Part shown: one piece after another, positions 39,242-53,914 of the stretch | How the letters are laid out: each line of letters begins with the position of its first letter | Position numbering within the stretch: position 1 is the first letter of the stretch | Assembly: GCF_006345805.1 (NCBI RefSeq) | Contig: NC_043014.1 | Location: 5,394,001 to 5,458,000 of the forward strand | Direction: 5' to 3' | Source of the DNA: Octopus sinensis | Taxonomy: Eukaryota | DNA: 64,000 nt | Program-made: the position numbers and the translations under genes | The notes under the pieces: model-generated | What the model was told of the DNA's origin: nothing | Databases searched by the model: none | What the model saw: the letters and a program-made list of their open reading frames with translations, nothing else

Positions 39242-40794
39242 CAAGCGTAACCAATCTGAGTCAATGGGTACTATCTGCCCATCTCTTTTCTGGTCCATCC
39301 CCAGATCCCTCGCCGGCTGATCCAGATTGAAGAGTTTGTATTGTGATTCTTTTCTGTGAGATTGAAATCGCATGTCCTTAGTACCGGAGCTGTCATCTCT
39401 CAATGCAGAGAATCAGAAGTTCGAACTGGAGATATTTGCTGATTTCTGATTAACCATCGCAGTCGAATAACGTTGCTCACGAGATGCCTTGCAATTCGCA
39501 TAATTTCGGTCGTAATATTTTGCTTGGTCTGTACATTTGCAGGTTCAATATATTCGAATATTCTAGAGATATGTTTAAAGGCAAATGTTAAATTCTCTTT
39601 GCACCTACAATTAAAAACCAATCAATAGCAGCACATCTATCACAAATAAATATATTTCTACAGAATTTTTATTTTGAAATGTTATATTCTAATTAAACCA
39701 TTAGCAGTTAATTGTTGCAATGAGTGAAATTTATATTTTAATATGATTTTTATATGAATGTGTTCTAATGCATAAAAACATATAAAAATATGTAATCGCA
39801 AAAATAAATTTCATAACTGTTTTAATATTTTTAGACGGTTTTTTTCCAACGCATTTGTCTCACTTTACGATTTCATTTCTCTTCAAATAATACATTTCTT
39901 CTCTCTAAAATGAATCAATATTTTAAATTCTTATCAAACAATTATTACCAAAACCCTTTCGTTACTTAAAGCCACATAGATGATTTTGTAGCAAATATGT
40001 TTTGACAAAGCTTTCACCATAAGATTCGTTTCATAGAACTCTTTAACCGGCAAAGCAGAAAAAGAAGCGGCTTGCAGCGGCTACAGGAAATCCATTTAAG
40101 CGCTAACTAGAATAAAGTGATCAATGAAATCAGATGATGCATTTCATAACACTAAATATCTTAGAATGACAAAACTATTGTAATTTTTTGACAACGATTA
40201 CTTTTTCTTGATCCCTTAATGCCACACCACTTTTGTAACACATTTTCTTGGCGAGTTTTCTTCATATATTCCATCCCATATAGCACTTCCATTTGAACGT
40301 AGCTACTGTACCGTTTTCTTTAACAATAGCTGAGATGTTCTGATGAAAAATCAACTTTTCTGGTTACTTACCATTTTCTTCGTCACTTAAATTCATACAA
40401 CTTTTTCCAAACTAATAATCTTCACCAAAAGTTCCTTCGATATGAACACATTCTTTTAAATCTAATTATATACATTCCTTTAAAAATAACCAATATATGT
40501 TGATTCAAAGTGAAATTTTTATCCTTACCCTCCATTTTTGATCTAGCATTTTATTTAATTTTTGATCAAACCTTTTATTTGATTCTCCAGCCTTGAATTA
40601 ATTTGTCTCAAAGAATTTAGCTCAAGACTCGATCATCATTGCTAAAAAACCGCATTGAATTCGGCTGAGAAGTGAATTAGTGATGAATGATGCAAATCTT
40701 TACCAGTAACAAAAAGTATACATTCACCCCCAGGCGTGGGGGACTATTTCTCGGGATCAGCTTTACGTTCAGAGGAGAAAGAATTTTCAAACCC

Positions 40795-42035
40795 TTTGTT
40801 TGTTTGTTTGTTTGTTTCTTTCTTCCTTTCTTTCCTTCCTTCCTACCTTCCTTCCTCCCTTCCTTCCTTCCCTCCTTCCTTCCTTCCTTTATACCATCCT
40901 TCAGTCCTCCTTTCATTCCTTCCTTCCTTCCTTCCTTCCTATATGTCTTTCTGTCTTTCTACCTTTCTTTCTTTCCTTTTTCTATTTGTCTTTGTTTCTC
41001 CCTTCCTTCCTTCTCTCCTTCTTTCTTTCCTTCCTTCCTTCCTTCCTTCCTTCCTTCCATGCTTCCTTCCGTCTTTCCTTCCTTCCTTCCTTCTTACCTT
41101 CCTTCCTTCCTTCCTTCCTTCCTTCTTTCCTTCCTTCCTTCCTTCCTTCCTTCCTTCCTTCTTACCTTCCTTCCTTCCTTCCTTCCTTCTTCCTTCCTTC
41201 TTTCCTTCCTTCCTTCCTTCCTTCCTTCTTCCTTCCTTCCTTCCTTCCTTCCTTCCTTCCTTCCTTCCTTCCTTCCTTCCTTCCTTCCTTCCTCCTTCTT
41301 TCCTTCCTTCCTTCCTTCCTTCCTTCCTTCCTTCCTTCTTACCTTCCTTCCTTCCTTCCTTCCTTCCTTCTTCTTTCCTTCCTTCCTTCCTTCCTTCCTT
41401 CCTTCTTCCTTCCTTCCTTCCTTCCTTCCTTCTTACCTTCCTTCCTTCCGTCCTTCCTTCCTTCCTTCTTTCCTTCCTTCCTCCCTTCCTTCCTTCCTTC
41501 CTTCCTTCCTTCCTTCCTTCCTTCCTTCTTACCTTCCTTCCTTCCGTCCTTCCTTCCTTCCTTCTTACCTTCCTTCCTTCCTTCCGTCCTTCCTTCCTTC
41601 CTTCTTTCATTTCTTCCTTCCTTCCTTCCTTCCTTCCTTCCTTCCTTCTTTCCTTCCTTCCTTCCTTCCTTCCTTCTTTCCTTCCTTCCTTCCTTCCTTC
41701 CTTCCTTCTTTCCTTCCTTCCTTCCTTCCTTCCTTCTTTCCTTCCTTCCTTCCGTCCTTCCTTCCTTCCTTCCTTCCTTCCTTCCTTCTTCCTTCCTTCC
41801 TTCCTTCATTCCTTCCTTCCTTCCTTCCTTCCTTTCTTTCCTTCCTTCCTTCCTTCCTTCCTTCCTTCCTTCTTTCCTTCCTTCCTTCCTTTCTTCCTTC
41901 CTTCTTCCTTCCTTCCTTCCTTCCTTCCTTCCTTCTTACCTTCCTTCCTTCCTTCCGTCCTTCCTTCCTTCCTTCTTTCCTTCCTTCCTTCCTCCCTTCG
42001 TTACTTCCTTCCTTCCTTCCTTCCTTCCTATCTTC
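40795..42035. repeat. (CCTT)n polypyrimidine tract, intron 2 of paralog 3
   Basis: Directly visible. Confidence 0.95.
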
Positions 42036-42142
42036 TAATCCTTGTCTCCCCAATTCATTAATTCCCAGCCAAGAAATTCTCTCCCACATGGTTCACCAAT
42101 TATTTTCTTTAAAACTACATTGTTTCCTTCGCAATTTCGCAG

Positions 42143-42217
42143 GACCCGGTCCTGGATCCCTGTATACCCGGTGGGGTAGAACAAAATGTCCAAGTAATTC
42201 CAGTCTGGTATATGATG
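42143..42217 (+). CDS. Paralog 3, exon 3 (PGPGSLYTRWGRTKCPSNSSLVYD)
   Basis: CAG/GTTAGT sites; 75 nt; C4-domain N-terminal motif. Confidence 0.8.
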
Positions 42218-43417
42218 GTTAGTATATTCTGTTTCTAATCTCTCACTCTATTTCTTTCTTTCTGTCTCTCTCACTCTTTCTCTTCCTCCCCCCCTCTCCC
42301 TCCTTCTTTCAGATCTACACAAACGTTTGTCCTATTATAGTATATCACGTTTTAAACGGCGATTATAGATTCTCTTGAGATTACACAAAACTACTTTCTC
42401 CGTTGAATTTATTTGGTCATAGCCGAAGTATAAATGCCGTCAAGAATGATCACGCGAACAGGATATCATCGAAAGTACCCTCACGAATACAACCACAGAA
42501 TATAGTTACCTCAGGACTGTTCCACCACTTAATCTCGCTAGTTCCTCATGGTAAGGCAATTCTGAACTTTCCACTCAGAAGACACTATTTTACACCTCTT
42601 CCCCATCAACTTTTCTTTCTTTAAACGAGGTTTGTTTTTGTTTGAAATGCGATGGAACAGATTTTACCTGTCTATAACCGAACCCTTAAAGATTTCCTTA
42701 AAGTTTTCCCCATTCAGCCTCAACTGAACCTTACAATCCTTTCTCCACTCACTTTCCTTAAGACGTTAAATGACCCCAGTGATGCAGCAAATAAAGCCAA
42801 CGTGACCATAACGTGTATCTTCACGTCACCTGTTCACGACTAGCCGAGAGTTTTAGCTACGCTGTGCAGGATGTTCTGTTAAATAACTTTTAACTACCCA
42901 TCGACTGTCAATACTCTGCACCTCACCGTGTTCTTCTATTTTATATTGGCTAAAAATTCCTTGTATCGTTCTTTTATTTCATCTCCGTTAAAATTTGAAC
43001 AAAATCGTCTTTTCCATTTTAGAGGAAATGCGTGACGTAACGGCCTTCCCTTCGCACTCTTTTGACATCTGCACACAACCATCTACAGCCATGTATCTAG
43101 ACATATTCATAAATATTACCTCCACAAAGAAGTTGGCGTACACCTACAACATAAATATATAAACATACAAACAAAACGTACACATGTAAAGACAGTCAAT
43201 GTTCAAACATACACCCCACACACATAGACACAAGCACACACACATACATACACACTTAGACCCAATGAAGCACAAACACTTATTTGTGTCCATTTGTAAT
43301 AACAAAGTTAAAATTGAAAGTTTCTATCCGCAGATTTCTGTTAATTCACCTTTCACTTATTTCACATATGACTTAACTTTATATTTTATTTACTTGTTAT
43401 ATTCTTACCAATTCTAG

Positions 43418-43914
43418 GTGTGGTTGGTGGATCACCTTATAACGAAACAGGCGGAGGAAGTAATCCCTTATGTCTACCTAACGATCCCATTTGGGCCAAT
43501 TATACTCCAGCAGCTGAAGGTTATGGTCACATATATGGCGGTGAATATGAAATATATTCATATGGGAAAAAAATCATTTCTTTTGCTAACGCTGAATCAA
43601 TTCATAATCACAACGTTCCATGCGCTGTCTGTTTGACACGACAACCTGCTGTTGTTATGATGTTACCAGCCAGGACACAGTGTTACTCTGGTTGGACGGC
43701 TGAATATTCAGGATATTTGATGACCGGGTTTTATAATCATAAGGGCAGAATTGAATATGTGTGTGTGGACTATGCACCAGAAGCTGATCCAGCGGGTTAC
43801 AGAGACGAAAATGGAGTTCTATTATATTTTGTGGAGGGAAAGTGTGGTTCATTACCATGTCCACCGTATGTCAATGGTCGAGAATTAACCTGCGTTGTGT
43901 GCAGTAAGTATTGA
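43418..43914 (+). CDS. Paralog 3, exon 4, C4/NC1-like domain
   Basis: Open frame with all conserved Cys motifs, ending CSKY-TGA; TAG acceptor at 43415-43417. Confidence 0.85.
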
Positions 43915-46119
43915 AGAGAATATTGTTGAATTTGCTTCCCTATGAAAACTTACGTTAACCAAGTACAAGACTTAATATTTCATAAAACAATATAGACATT
44001 TTAAAATCTGTTTGATAATATTTTATCGAAGTTATATAAATCGTTAAAATACTCTGCGCTACTAGTTAACAGAAAAATATTATAATGGAGAGAAAATCGG
44101 CGCCAGAGAATGTGAGAATTATGCTTATAGAACAATGCAAAGCTGAGTGAATAATTCTAGATAAACCTTGTATAAGGATCAGTTCATAAAACTAAAATGT
44201 GGAAATAAAATTGTATTTCGCTTAACTCTATTTTGTGTTCTGTCTTAAATCTTAAGAAACCTCACTTGGAGTAATATCATAGAAATATATGATGGCACCA
44301 CCATTTTTGAGAGGAATGTAAGTAGTAATCCTCTCACCACCTATTTTGTTTTGCCTGTATCTATAGAAACTTGTGACCCCGGCACAAGATTATTTGACAT
44401 CCTCATAACCGGGACACGTAACCCTCACACCTTGCACCATTTCCTAAACACTGATGCACAACAATGAGAAATTAAATCACCAGCGAGTATCGAATACGTA
44501 TAATTCTCTCACTCAAAAGCAGAAAAATGGTAAATTGGAGCAAAGATTTGCTTTACAACACTTACCACATACACAGAAAGCAGAGTAAAGACAGCAAAAG
44601 GACGTAAAAATATAATGAGGGTAAGCAAAGTTACTCTGTGTAAACTGTGTGATATGTTGAGACTGTTACACCACATCCGATAAGAAACATCACTATGTGT
44701 TAGTGTAGAATATTCCTTAGATGAAAGAGAAGAAGATGGATATTTGGGAGACACAACGTCTTTCATGCAAGTAATTGAGTGCCATAAGCTTGCCATTAAG
44801 AAAATGCATGTATTTAGACATTTATAATAGGAATCAACTTTAAAGGTATACATGTGTGTATGCTTAACCCAATGAACCTTTTGCAAAGTCGGACCGTCAG
44901 GGACTGGGCCTTCAACGCAATCAAGAATGGAAGCTACAGGACGATAAAAAATCCTGTCAAAGGACAAATTCCTTCAGTTGAGTCATCGTTCATTGAACAA
45001 CTTGGGGCGAAAGACTCTTGATCGATGGGATTGAAGGATTACGAAGTGTTGTTAGAACATCTTTCAATAAGGTAAAATCGTATAGAAAATAATCCTGCAG
45101 TGGAATTGGTTTTCTGGTTGTCTCTAATTCGTTTGTGCCACTGGTGTTAGTACAGCAGAATGGTTTATCCACTCAAAGCAAATTTACATTCAGGACCATC
45201 TTGGATTCTTGGAACGGTACATGGAGGGCAATGGAAAATTAATGAATGATTGAAGCTTTAAAAGCTGGGAGTTTGTATTTGTAAAGTCATAGGTGGCGTG
45301 TAGGGATTTTGGTTGCTTCATCTTCTATGATAATGGTTGTATTTAGCAGCATCCCGAGTGACTGAGCAGCACATTTCAGTCATTGCATTGCTCACATTGT
45401 GGCGAATGGGTGCGAGAAAAGGTGGTTTAAAGAAAGTTTGAGACTACCAAACAGGCCAACACTCCGAGTCTATTTGCGGGGATAATAACACATCCGATTT
45501 GAATCATTGACTGTCATGGGAGAGTCCTGAATAGCCGAATGTGACCGAAGGTGGAGGAACTGGCTATAGTAAGCAGGAATTGAATGAACAGTGAGTTACC
45601 GTTGGTGGTGTTAGTTCAACAATCGTTTATGGCACATTGCATGCTGGGTATCGGACTTGCGTTCGAGTAGCGCAGAGTGCGTTTTGTGTTGACATATATT
45701 TCTGCGATAGGTTACTTTTAGATAGTCACAACCAACAATTTATTTGTTTAATACCATTATACACCAGACGTGTATAACTACGTCATAACATTTTCAGCGA
45801 CGAAGTTATTCGAAGCTCATACCGGACGGATTTGTCTCTTCACGTGAGAGCTTTACTAGCCTCGGTAATTTAATGACAGCAACAAAACCAGCAAAAGCAA
45901 TAAAGATAATGGCAACAGCCGTTGGAATTACAGAAACAGCAAAAACAGCAATAAAAACAGCCAGAACAACAGTTGTTGGAATTTGAGAAGTAACATCAAT
46001 TGTTAGTACAACTGATACAGAAGAAATCAGAAATGAGAATCGTAGCTACGTTCGAGAGGCACATAATGCGTTCTCTTTTAATAAAAATTTCTCCGATAGG
46101 TGCTGTTCGAATTATGGAA

Positions 46120-46415
46120 TTCACCTAGAAATAGACTTTGTCAAAACGTTATGGAGGTCGTCCAGTTGTAATACAGAAGTGAAAAATGTGATCCCTGACT
46201 GTTGAAATTAGAAAAATAAATATGCGTTTGGCAGAACGCAACACGGATTCTGATTTTAGACAATGTGCGAATGTACCCACAAAAAATCGAAGAACCGGTT
46301 ACACTACAGAAATGAATGTTAAAAGAAATTCACATTGTTCACCCGTGGATTTTAAGAATGAATTTGTGTTGAGAAGCTATGTGTATTGGCCAGAAATGGA
46401 TTGAGTGTTTGAAGA
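46120..46415 (+). mobile_element. Ty3/Gypsy pol remnant, duplicated copy
   Basis: Same RSYVYWPEMD motif. Confidence 0.6.
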
Positions 46416-47208
46416 ACTTTTGTGCCTGAAATGGCCTTTGGATACTTCCATGTTAGAATGGGTTTCAATCAAAGAAAGTTTAATTCTATCATTTAATTAG
46501 TTAATACACAAATGCATAAAAATATTTTAAAATTCCATTAGACATTCTGAAATACTATTAAATTTCATTCAATTTTAAAAACAGTAAAATCGGACAGAAC
46601 TTATGGGATGACCTGATACACACACAGACATAGACATATACAGATACACAGAGACACAGAGAAACACAGAGATACACTCAAACACACATACACACACATA
46701 CACACACACACACATACACACACACACATACACACACATACACACACACACACACACACTAATATATACGTACATAAACTGCATCCGGGAGTGGGAAAAC
46801 ATGGTACGAATATTCCTGGGATTTGAGGGATGTGGAAGCACCTTTTACCCACTAATATTCCCAGATCTAACCTGACCCAGGGTAGTAGGACATGTTAGGG
46901 TCCCAGCTAGGATTCACCCTAACCAGATATAGTACATCCCCAATCCCAATGGTGCCACTGTTGAGGGCAGGTAGCCACGTGCGGGAGCGTTGTAACCGTT
47001 GTAATCTCAAAATAAAATCATGCGAAAGTCATCTGTGGCTTGAATAATAAGTCTCTTTCAGTCAGTGTCGCTCGCTACAGATTAGTCATTCGGGTACAAG
47101 TCAATACCGACGACGACTCATATACAGTGAGGTCCCCACCCGGCTGTTCTCGGCGTCCTGCATGTTGGAATACCAGAATTCTAACAAATTCTAGAATTGT
47201 ATGATACT

Positions 47209-47252
<44 letters not shown>

Positions 47253-47279
47253 CAAACATACACACACACACGCACGCAC

Positions 47280-47313
<34 letters not shown>

Positions 47314-47669
47314 AACGCACAGAAGACATTTTGACAATCATAAATTTGTCGTCAGCAGAAATATTCTAATAAGATTCAGTGTAAATAAAATGGAATAATC
47401 TTTAACATCAGGTTTGTTATGAACTAACCAATAAAAACACTAGACTGCATTAAATAAAGCTTTGCAGTTACAGTCTGTACAGATGTTGAACGGACAATGT
47501 AGTCCCCTACATGAATATTACAGCAGTTTCGCAAAAATAAAGAAGTAAACATTAAGAAATAAATAAATAAGAATTCTCCAACAAATAGGCATTTGTTTTC
47601 AGTTTACAAATTTGTGCTGAAGTCAGTAAAATATTCTGCTGACTGTTCTGTGTTAATCATGGATCATCT

Positions 47670-47900
47670 CCATCCAATCACAAAAGGTGTCATTTAAAAG
47701 GTGACACCCACAATTATTGTAATATCAATCTGATTGGTTCCTGAATTTACGATTAGATTTTCGGCGGGGTTGGGTTGTGGAGGGTGAAAAATATAAAAAA
47801 GCCGGAATCAGACGTTAACAATTTTCAGTTACGATCCCAAAGCCAGAAGTTCACACTTATAAACTCCAGCTTACATCAACTTCAGATTTATCATTAAACC
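47670..47900 (+). promoter_or_regulatory. Putative Pol II promoter of paralog 4
   Basis: Same motif arrangement as the paralog 3 promoter; TATAAA at 47858-47863. Confidence 0.45.
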
Positions 47901-47940
47901 AAAACGAAATAACAGGCTGCACGGACGACCGAAAACCGCA

Positions 47941-48084
47941 ATGGAAATCGCTAAGGTGTGGCGGGTCATTTCGCAGCGGTTTTCCGTTTCTTCATTCATA
48001 ACTTTTGGACTGTGTCTCGTGTTGACCATCACGATTCTTCATTTCGATGCAAGGACCAGAAAGATAGAAGAGAAATCAACCGCA
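47941..48084 (+). CDS. C4/NC1-like family paralog 4, exon 1 (48 aa; cytoplasmic tail plus hydrophobic signal-anchor)
   Basis: ATG at 47941; MEIAKVWRVISQRFSVSSFITFGLCLVLTITILHFDARTRKIEEKSTA followed by a GTAAGT donor (phase 0). Near-identical to 32334-32477. TATA and CCAAT motifs upstream. Linkage to downstream exons is inferred from phase compatibility. Confidence 0.75.
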
Positions 48085-48288
48085 GTAAGTACAGGACACC
48101 TGAAGTTTCTATATTTTAGATGCAAGAAATGTATACGTATATCCATCCATCCATCCATCCATCAATCCATCCATCCTATCCCTCCATCCATCGATCCATC
48201 GATCGATCCATCCATCCACCCATACATACATACATACATATATAGACACATGTATATATATGTATGGTTTTATATATATATATATAAG

Positions 48289-48330
<42 letters not shown>

Positions 48331-48681
48331 CGTGTGTGTGTGTGTTTGTGTATATATATACATATCTATATATGTATATATGTATTTATGTACATATATG
48401 TTCATACGCACATATACACACACAAACATACACACATCATCTCTACACATTCCCTTCTCTCTCTTCATGTCTTTTCTATTTTTCTCCCTTTTTATCCTCT
48501 TAATCCTTTTTATCCTCTTAATCCTTTTTATCCTCTTAATCCTTTCTGTCGAAAAGCGTGCGGTCGAAAGACAAAAATCTCTTCCATTCTACCCGAGCGT
48601 TGAAATTAATGGACTTGCTTGTGGTTTCTACACCTGTTCTTGTCTTTTGTTTTCTGTAAATTTGAAATCTCTCTCTCATTC

Positions 48682-48714
<33 letters not shown>

Positions 48715-48717
48715 ATA

Positions 48718-48863
<146 letters not shown>

Positions 48864-48875
48864 CTCTCTCTCTCA

Positions 48876-48911
<36 letters not shown>

Positions 48912-48958
48912 GTATTTATCTACCTAATTATCTATCCATCTAGCTATGTATCGATTTA

Positions 48959-49035
<77 letters not shown>

Positions 49036-49500
49036 CTATGAACGCATTCATTCAGCTTCCATATAGGACAGAAGATTCTTACCGTGCAGCCAGGCCTGCA
49101 CCTACAGGGATCGATCCCATGCCGGCAATCGAACCCTGACCGACAGCTAGGAATTATATGTGTGTACATATAACATATACACAAATAATTGTTATATGTT
49201 TCGGCCAGTATATGCCCAGGCTATGTATAACTTAATAGCACAAAGTGGTGAAGCAGTTTAGAATCTGATTCCCATCTCAGTCATAAGACTTTGTAATGTT
49301 GGAGACATATCCGGGTGTTGGAGGTTGTTCGAAGAGCTTTGGGGGAAAATTTTGTCCCTAGAAATTTTGAATTTTATGGAATCTGTTTTCGGTTTCATGC
49401 ATTCTGCTATAATATTAAAGAGAGCTGGACCGGTTGAGGTAAAGTATTCGTGTCATATACACATATACATACATATATACATATATGTATAGATATATAT

Positions 49501-49574
<74 letters not shown>

Positions 49575-49607
49575 AATGTATATATGTATATATATCTGTA
49601 TACATAC

Positions 49608-49658
<51 letters not shown>

Positions 49659-49942
49659 CATACGCATACATAGAAATATATATATAATTATGTCTCGTAT
49701 ATATATCTACTAACATATCAATGGATGGATAATTTTTATGTGTTTAGAGAGATGGAAACTATTGATCATTTGATAACTAGGTATATTGATATATTTGTAT
49801 GCATATGTATATATATAAATGTATATATATATATATAGTTATCAGTAATAATATAGGCTGAAATTAATTAATTTGGAGAAATCATCAATTTCACCAAGAA
49901 GATTTCGGCATGTAAAAACCCCGTTCGAGGAAAGTTTAAGTA

Positions 49943-50340
49943 ATACTAAGTAATTAGGGGTTTAGCAACGATTTGCCTCACCACACACCGAATTTAGAAA
50001 TAGCAGTCAAAGAGTTATAGCTATTGTTTCTACTAAAAGGGAGATCTCAGTAAAACCACAGCACTTGAAAGGTAAACACAGACAGGCAAGAGAGAAGGAG
50101 ATGACGACAATCGATCATACAATATTAAGTCACCTACGGACGTACGTTTCGAAATTAAGTTTTAGGAAAGCATAAGAATTAAATAATAATGTCTTACCCA
50201 ACTGTCTGTGTTTACCTTTCAAGTACTGTGGTTTTACTGAGATCTCCCTTTTAGTAGAAAGAATAGCTATAACTCTTTGACTGCTATTTCTAAATTCGGT
50301 GTGTGGTGAGGCAAATCGTTGCTAAACCCTTAATTACTTA

Positions 50341-50344
<4 letters not shown>
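49943..50344. mobile_element. 143-bp near-perfect inverted repeat with 116-bp spacer; Penelope-like terminal fragment with inverted copy
   Basis: 49943-50085 vs 50202-50344; the spacer's minus strand keeps the hammerhead 3' half CGAAACGTACGTC. Confidence 0.7.
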
Positions 50345-50420
<76 letters not shown>

Positions 50421-50427
50421 AATATAT

Positions 50428-50495
<68 letters not shown>

Positions 50496-50512
50496 AATAT
50501 ATATATAAATGT

Positions 50513-50850
50513 GGAGGCGCATGGCTCAGTGGTTAGAGCGTCGAGCTTACGATCGTGAGGTTGTGAGTTCGAATCCCGGACCGGGCTGCGTGTTGTGTTC
50601 TTGAGCAAAACACTTTATTTCACGTTGCTGCAGTTCACTCAGCTGTAGAAATGAGTTGCGACGTCACAAGTTCCAAGCTGTATCGACCTTTGTCTTTCCC
50701 TTGGATAACACTGGTGGCGTGGAGAGGGGAGGCCGGTATGCATGGGCGACTGCTTGTCTTCCATAAAAACAACCTTGCCCAGACTTGTGCCTCAGAGTGT
50801 AACTCTCTAGGTGCAAACCCATGGTCACACATGACCGAAGGGGGTCTTTA
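50513..50850 (+). mobile_element. tRNA-derived SINE, specific to paralog 4 intron 1
   Basis: TGGCTCAGTGG (A box), GAGTTCGAATCCC (B box), ~260-bp body; flanked by (AT)n. Confidence 0.8.
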
Positions 50851-50861
50851 TATAAAAAAAT

Positions 50862-50924
<63 letters not shown>

Positions 50925-51000
50925 ATATATATATATATGGCCACATTGGTGGACAGACTGACTGAGAGTTTGAAACATAAATAAATAAATAGATAGATAA

Positions 51001-51036
<36 letters not shown>

Positions 51037-51561
51037 GTACAGAGAAAGATTGACTGATTTGATAGTTTCATTCACGTTATATATTTTGCTTCGTAATTTT
51101 GGCTCGTGGTCATAAATGTCAGAAAGTTGTAGATCGATTCCTTACAGGCCAGTGATGAACAGGTTCTGAATTCATGGACCTTGAAAGGATAAAGACTAGG
51201 CGCGACTACGCGGAATTTGATCATTATCTTGAAATATTCAGTATTGTAGATGACAATTATAAAAGCCGCCAGAAAGGTTGTGCGATAGATAGTGTTGCAA
51301 AATAGAAAGCAATGAATTTGTCAATTACTATACGTAGCAAAGACATAGGATTAGAAAAATGTAAGTTAGTTTATAAGTCAATAATGAATTGTGTTCCATG
51401 TTGTAAGATAGAGATTGACATTTCTTGCTGAAACATTTTACATAGAAAGGCCTTATATATGTACGTCTGCCGCTTTCGTGTGCATACATAAATGAACATG
51501 TATGAATGTATCGCTTCATGTGTATATTCAAATGTGCGTACACACACACACACACACACAC

Positions 51562-51599
<38 letters not shown>

Positions 51600-52358
51600 G
51601 ACATACACGCACACATATATGTTCGTGTATTTATTTCTGGATGTATTTTTTCCTCTCTAGATTCTGCTCAGAGATGCGTCCATGATGATGCACCATATAT
51701 ACATACATACATACACATATACATCCATACATCCATCCATGCATCCATACATACATACATACATACATACATACATGCATACATACATACATATATACAT
51801 ACATACATACATACATAAGTACATACATACACCCATACAGACACACAGACACACAAACTGACATACAGACACACACAGAGACGCACAGAACTATAGACAC
51901 ATACACTATGGTCTGTTTCTTCGGATGACGTTTTCGTGCTTAATTGCCGAAGAATTCCTTGGATGATTTGTTTCCAGAACTCCCTCCGTCAAATTAATGA
52001 ACAGGTCCAGAAATGTGTGCCATACGATCAGTTGTCGATATATTTGAAATGCAATGTACTTAGTTTTGCCTTCTGTTTGAATCTAACGTACAACCCTTTG
52101 TTCGTGAGTTTAGAACCTGAATCACTAAACCACGTTGAAATATTTTAGCGTATATAAATATATGGATCTATCCCTATAAGGCAGACTTACATAAACGAAC
52201 AAACACGCATTTTCATGCGGAAAGATACACACAAATGCATATATATCGGCTTGTTGGACCGCGGAATTCCGCGCAGATCCTTTTCCGTGAAAATAAATAT
52301 CTTTTCCATTGAAAGAAAAATAAAAGTCTCCAAAACCGTGTATCTCTCACTATACGTC

Positions 52359-53022
52359 AACATGCACGAAGAATGTAGCAAATACATTTGAAAAAACGGT
52401 TGTTCCAGTTTGTAAATCTACAAGTAGAAGGGTAGATATCCCAGTATTCATTGATTTCGCTTTCTGTGTCGAATTGGCACCTGAAGCTCATCAGCAAGTC
52501 TTACTACGTAAACTATTTTTTTAAATGTATTTAACTTTCCGTGCTCGTTTGCTCAGCTGAATGCAACGTCACATCCGAACGAACATTAGCGAGCAAGTAT
52601 AAATTCAAAATTCAAATTAGTTATCATTATCTTTAAAAAATAATGATAAAATGGCCAACGAACATAATCCAAATATGAAAATATATATATAAAAAGTCAG
52701 TGTACAGTAAGTAAATATTTGCTAGAAAGAAGAATGAAATTGCAAAACCACGTATCTCTCAATATATGTAAACACGCACGAAGAATGGTGCAAATACATT
52801 CAGAAGTTTCAATTTATGTTTTTGTTTGTTCGCCACATTTCGTCTGGAAATCGCGGGTCCTTCAACTGAATAATGGTACACAGAAAGGTAAATATATTTT
52901 TAAATTAGGTTACGTAGAAAGCGAAATGAATCGGGTCTGAGATATCTACCCGCCTTTTTGAAGATTTACAAACTGGAAGATTAGTTTTTCTAAATGCATT
53001 TGCAACATTCCCCGTGCGTGTT
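52359..53022. mobile_element. Same MITE-like element in paralog 4 (right part also at 23932-24456)
   Basis: Same inverted arms. Confidence 0.6.
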
Positions 53023-53306
53023 TTCGTTCGTTAGGCTTAATTAACTCTCATTGTGATGGGTTTGTTTTGCCGTATAAAAGCATGAAATAAAGGACTACCT
53101 GATGCCCAGAGGAGGTAGGAATGCGATAAGCCACCAAGATGTAACTGATGATGAAAATTTGGTGGAATTAACAATGAAGTTGTCTCCGACATCTTCAAAA
53201 GAAGCTGTCCAAAAGTGCCATTATTGTATTGCTTAGCTTTAAATTCTAAACATTGATGAACGTTCTGAAAATCTATTTCTATGATGTTGTTTTCATTTTT
53301 TCACAG

Positions 53307-53358
53307 AACCGTTTCCTTTTCAAGAAATCTCTGGATGACAAAGCTGTTCACACGCCAA
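53307..53358 (+). CDS. Paralog 4, exon 2 (52 nt, NRFLFKKSLDDKAVHTP+1)
   Basis: Pyrimidine tract + CAG acceptor and GTAAGA donor; phase 0 in, phase 1 out, matching exons 1 and 3; homologs occur at five positions in the window. Confidence 0.75.
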
Positions 53359-53750
53359 GTAAGAACTAATTTTATAACGTGAAAGATAAAAACGTAAAAA
53401 ACGTTGCTCAGTAATTCTGCGAGTCTGGTGGCTCTAGAGAAATCATGCACCTGTCTTTGAGGGCCATTCCAGAGGGAAGCAATTGTTATTAAGATTTTCT
53501 AGCCTTTTATTTAATTTTTGATCTAGCCTTTTATTTGATGCTCCAACCTTGAATTAAATGATCTCAAAGAATTTAGCTCAAGACTCGATCATCATTGCTA
53601 AAAAACCGCATTCAATTCGGCTGAGAAGTGAATTAGTGCTGAATCATGCAAATCTTTACCAGTAACTAAAAGTATACATTCACCCCCAGGCGTGGGGGAC
53701 TATTTCTCGGAATCAGCTTTACGTTCAGAGGAAAAAGAATTTTCAAACTC

Positions 53751-53874
53751 TTTGTTTGTTTGTTTGTTTGTTTCTTAATTTTTTTCTCTCATTCTTTCTT
53801 TCTTCCTTTTCTATCTTTCTCTTCTTTCTTTCTTCTTTCTTTCTTCTTCTTTTCTTTTCTTTCTTTCTTTCTTT

Positions 53875-53914
<40 letters not shown>

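Noticed and set aside
40687-42222. 511-aa (FLPS)n ORF fused in frame to exon 3 (also 25568-26561, 53756-54469)
   Set aside because: Read-through of a (CCTT)n microsatellite; frame is not conserved between copies and a canonical acceptor precedes exon 3.
50513-50590. Functional tRNA genes (also 35370-35444)
   Set aside because: A/B boxes run into SINE bodies; no complete acceptor stem.
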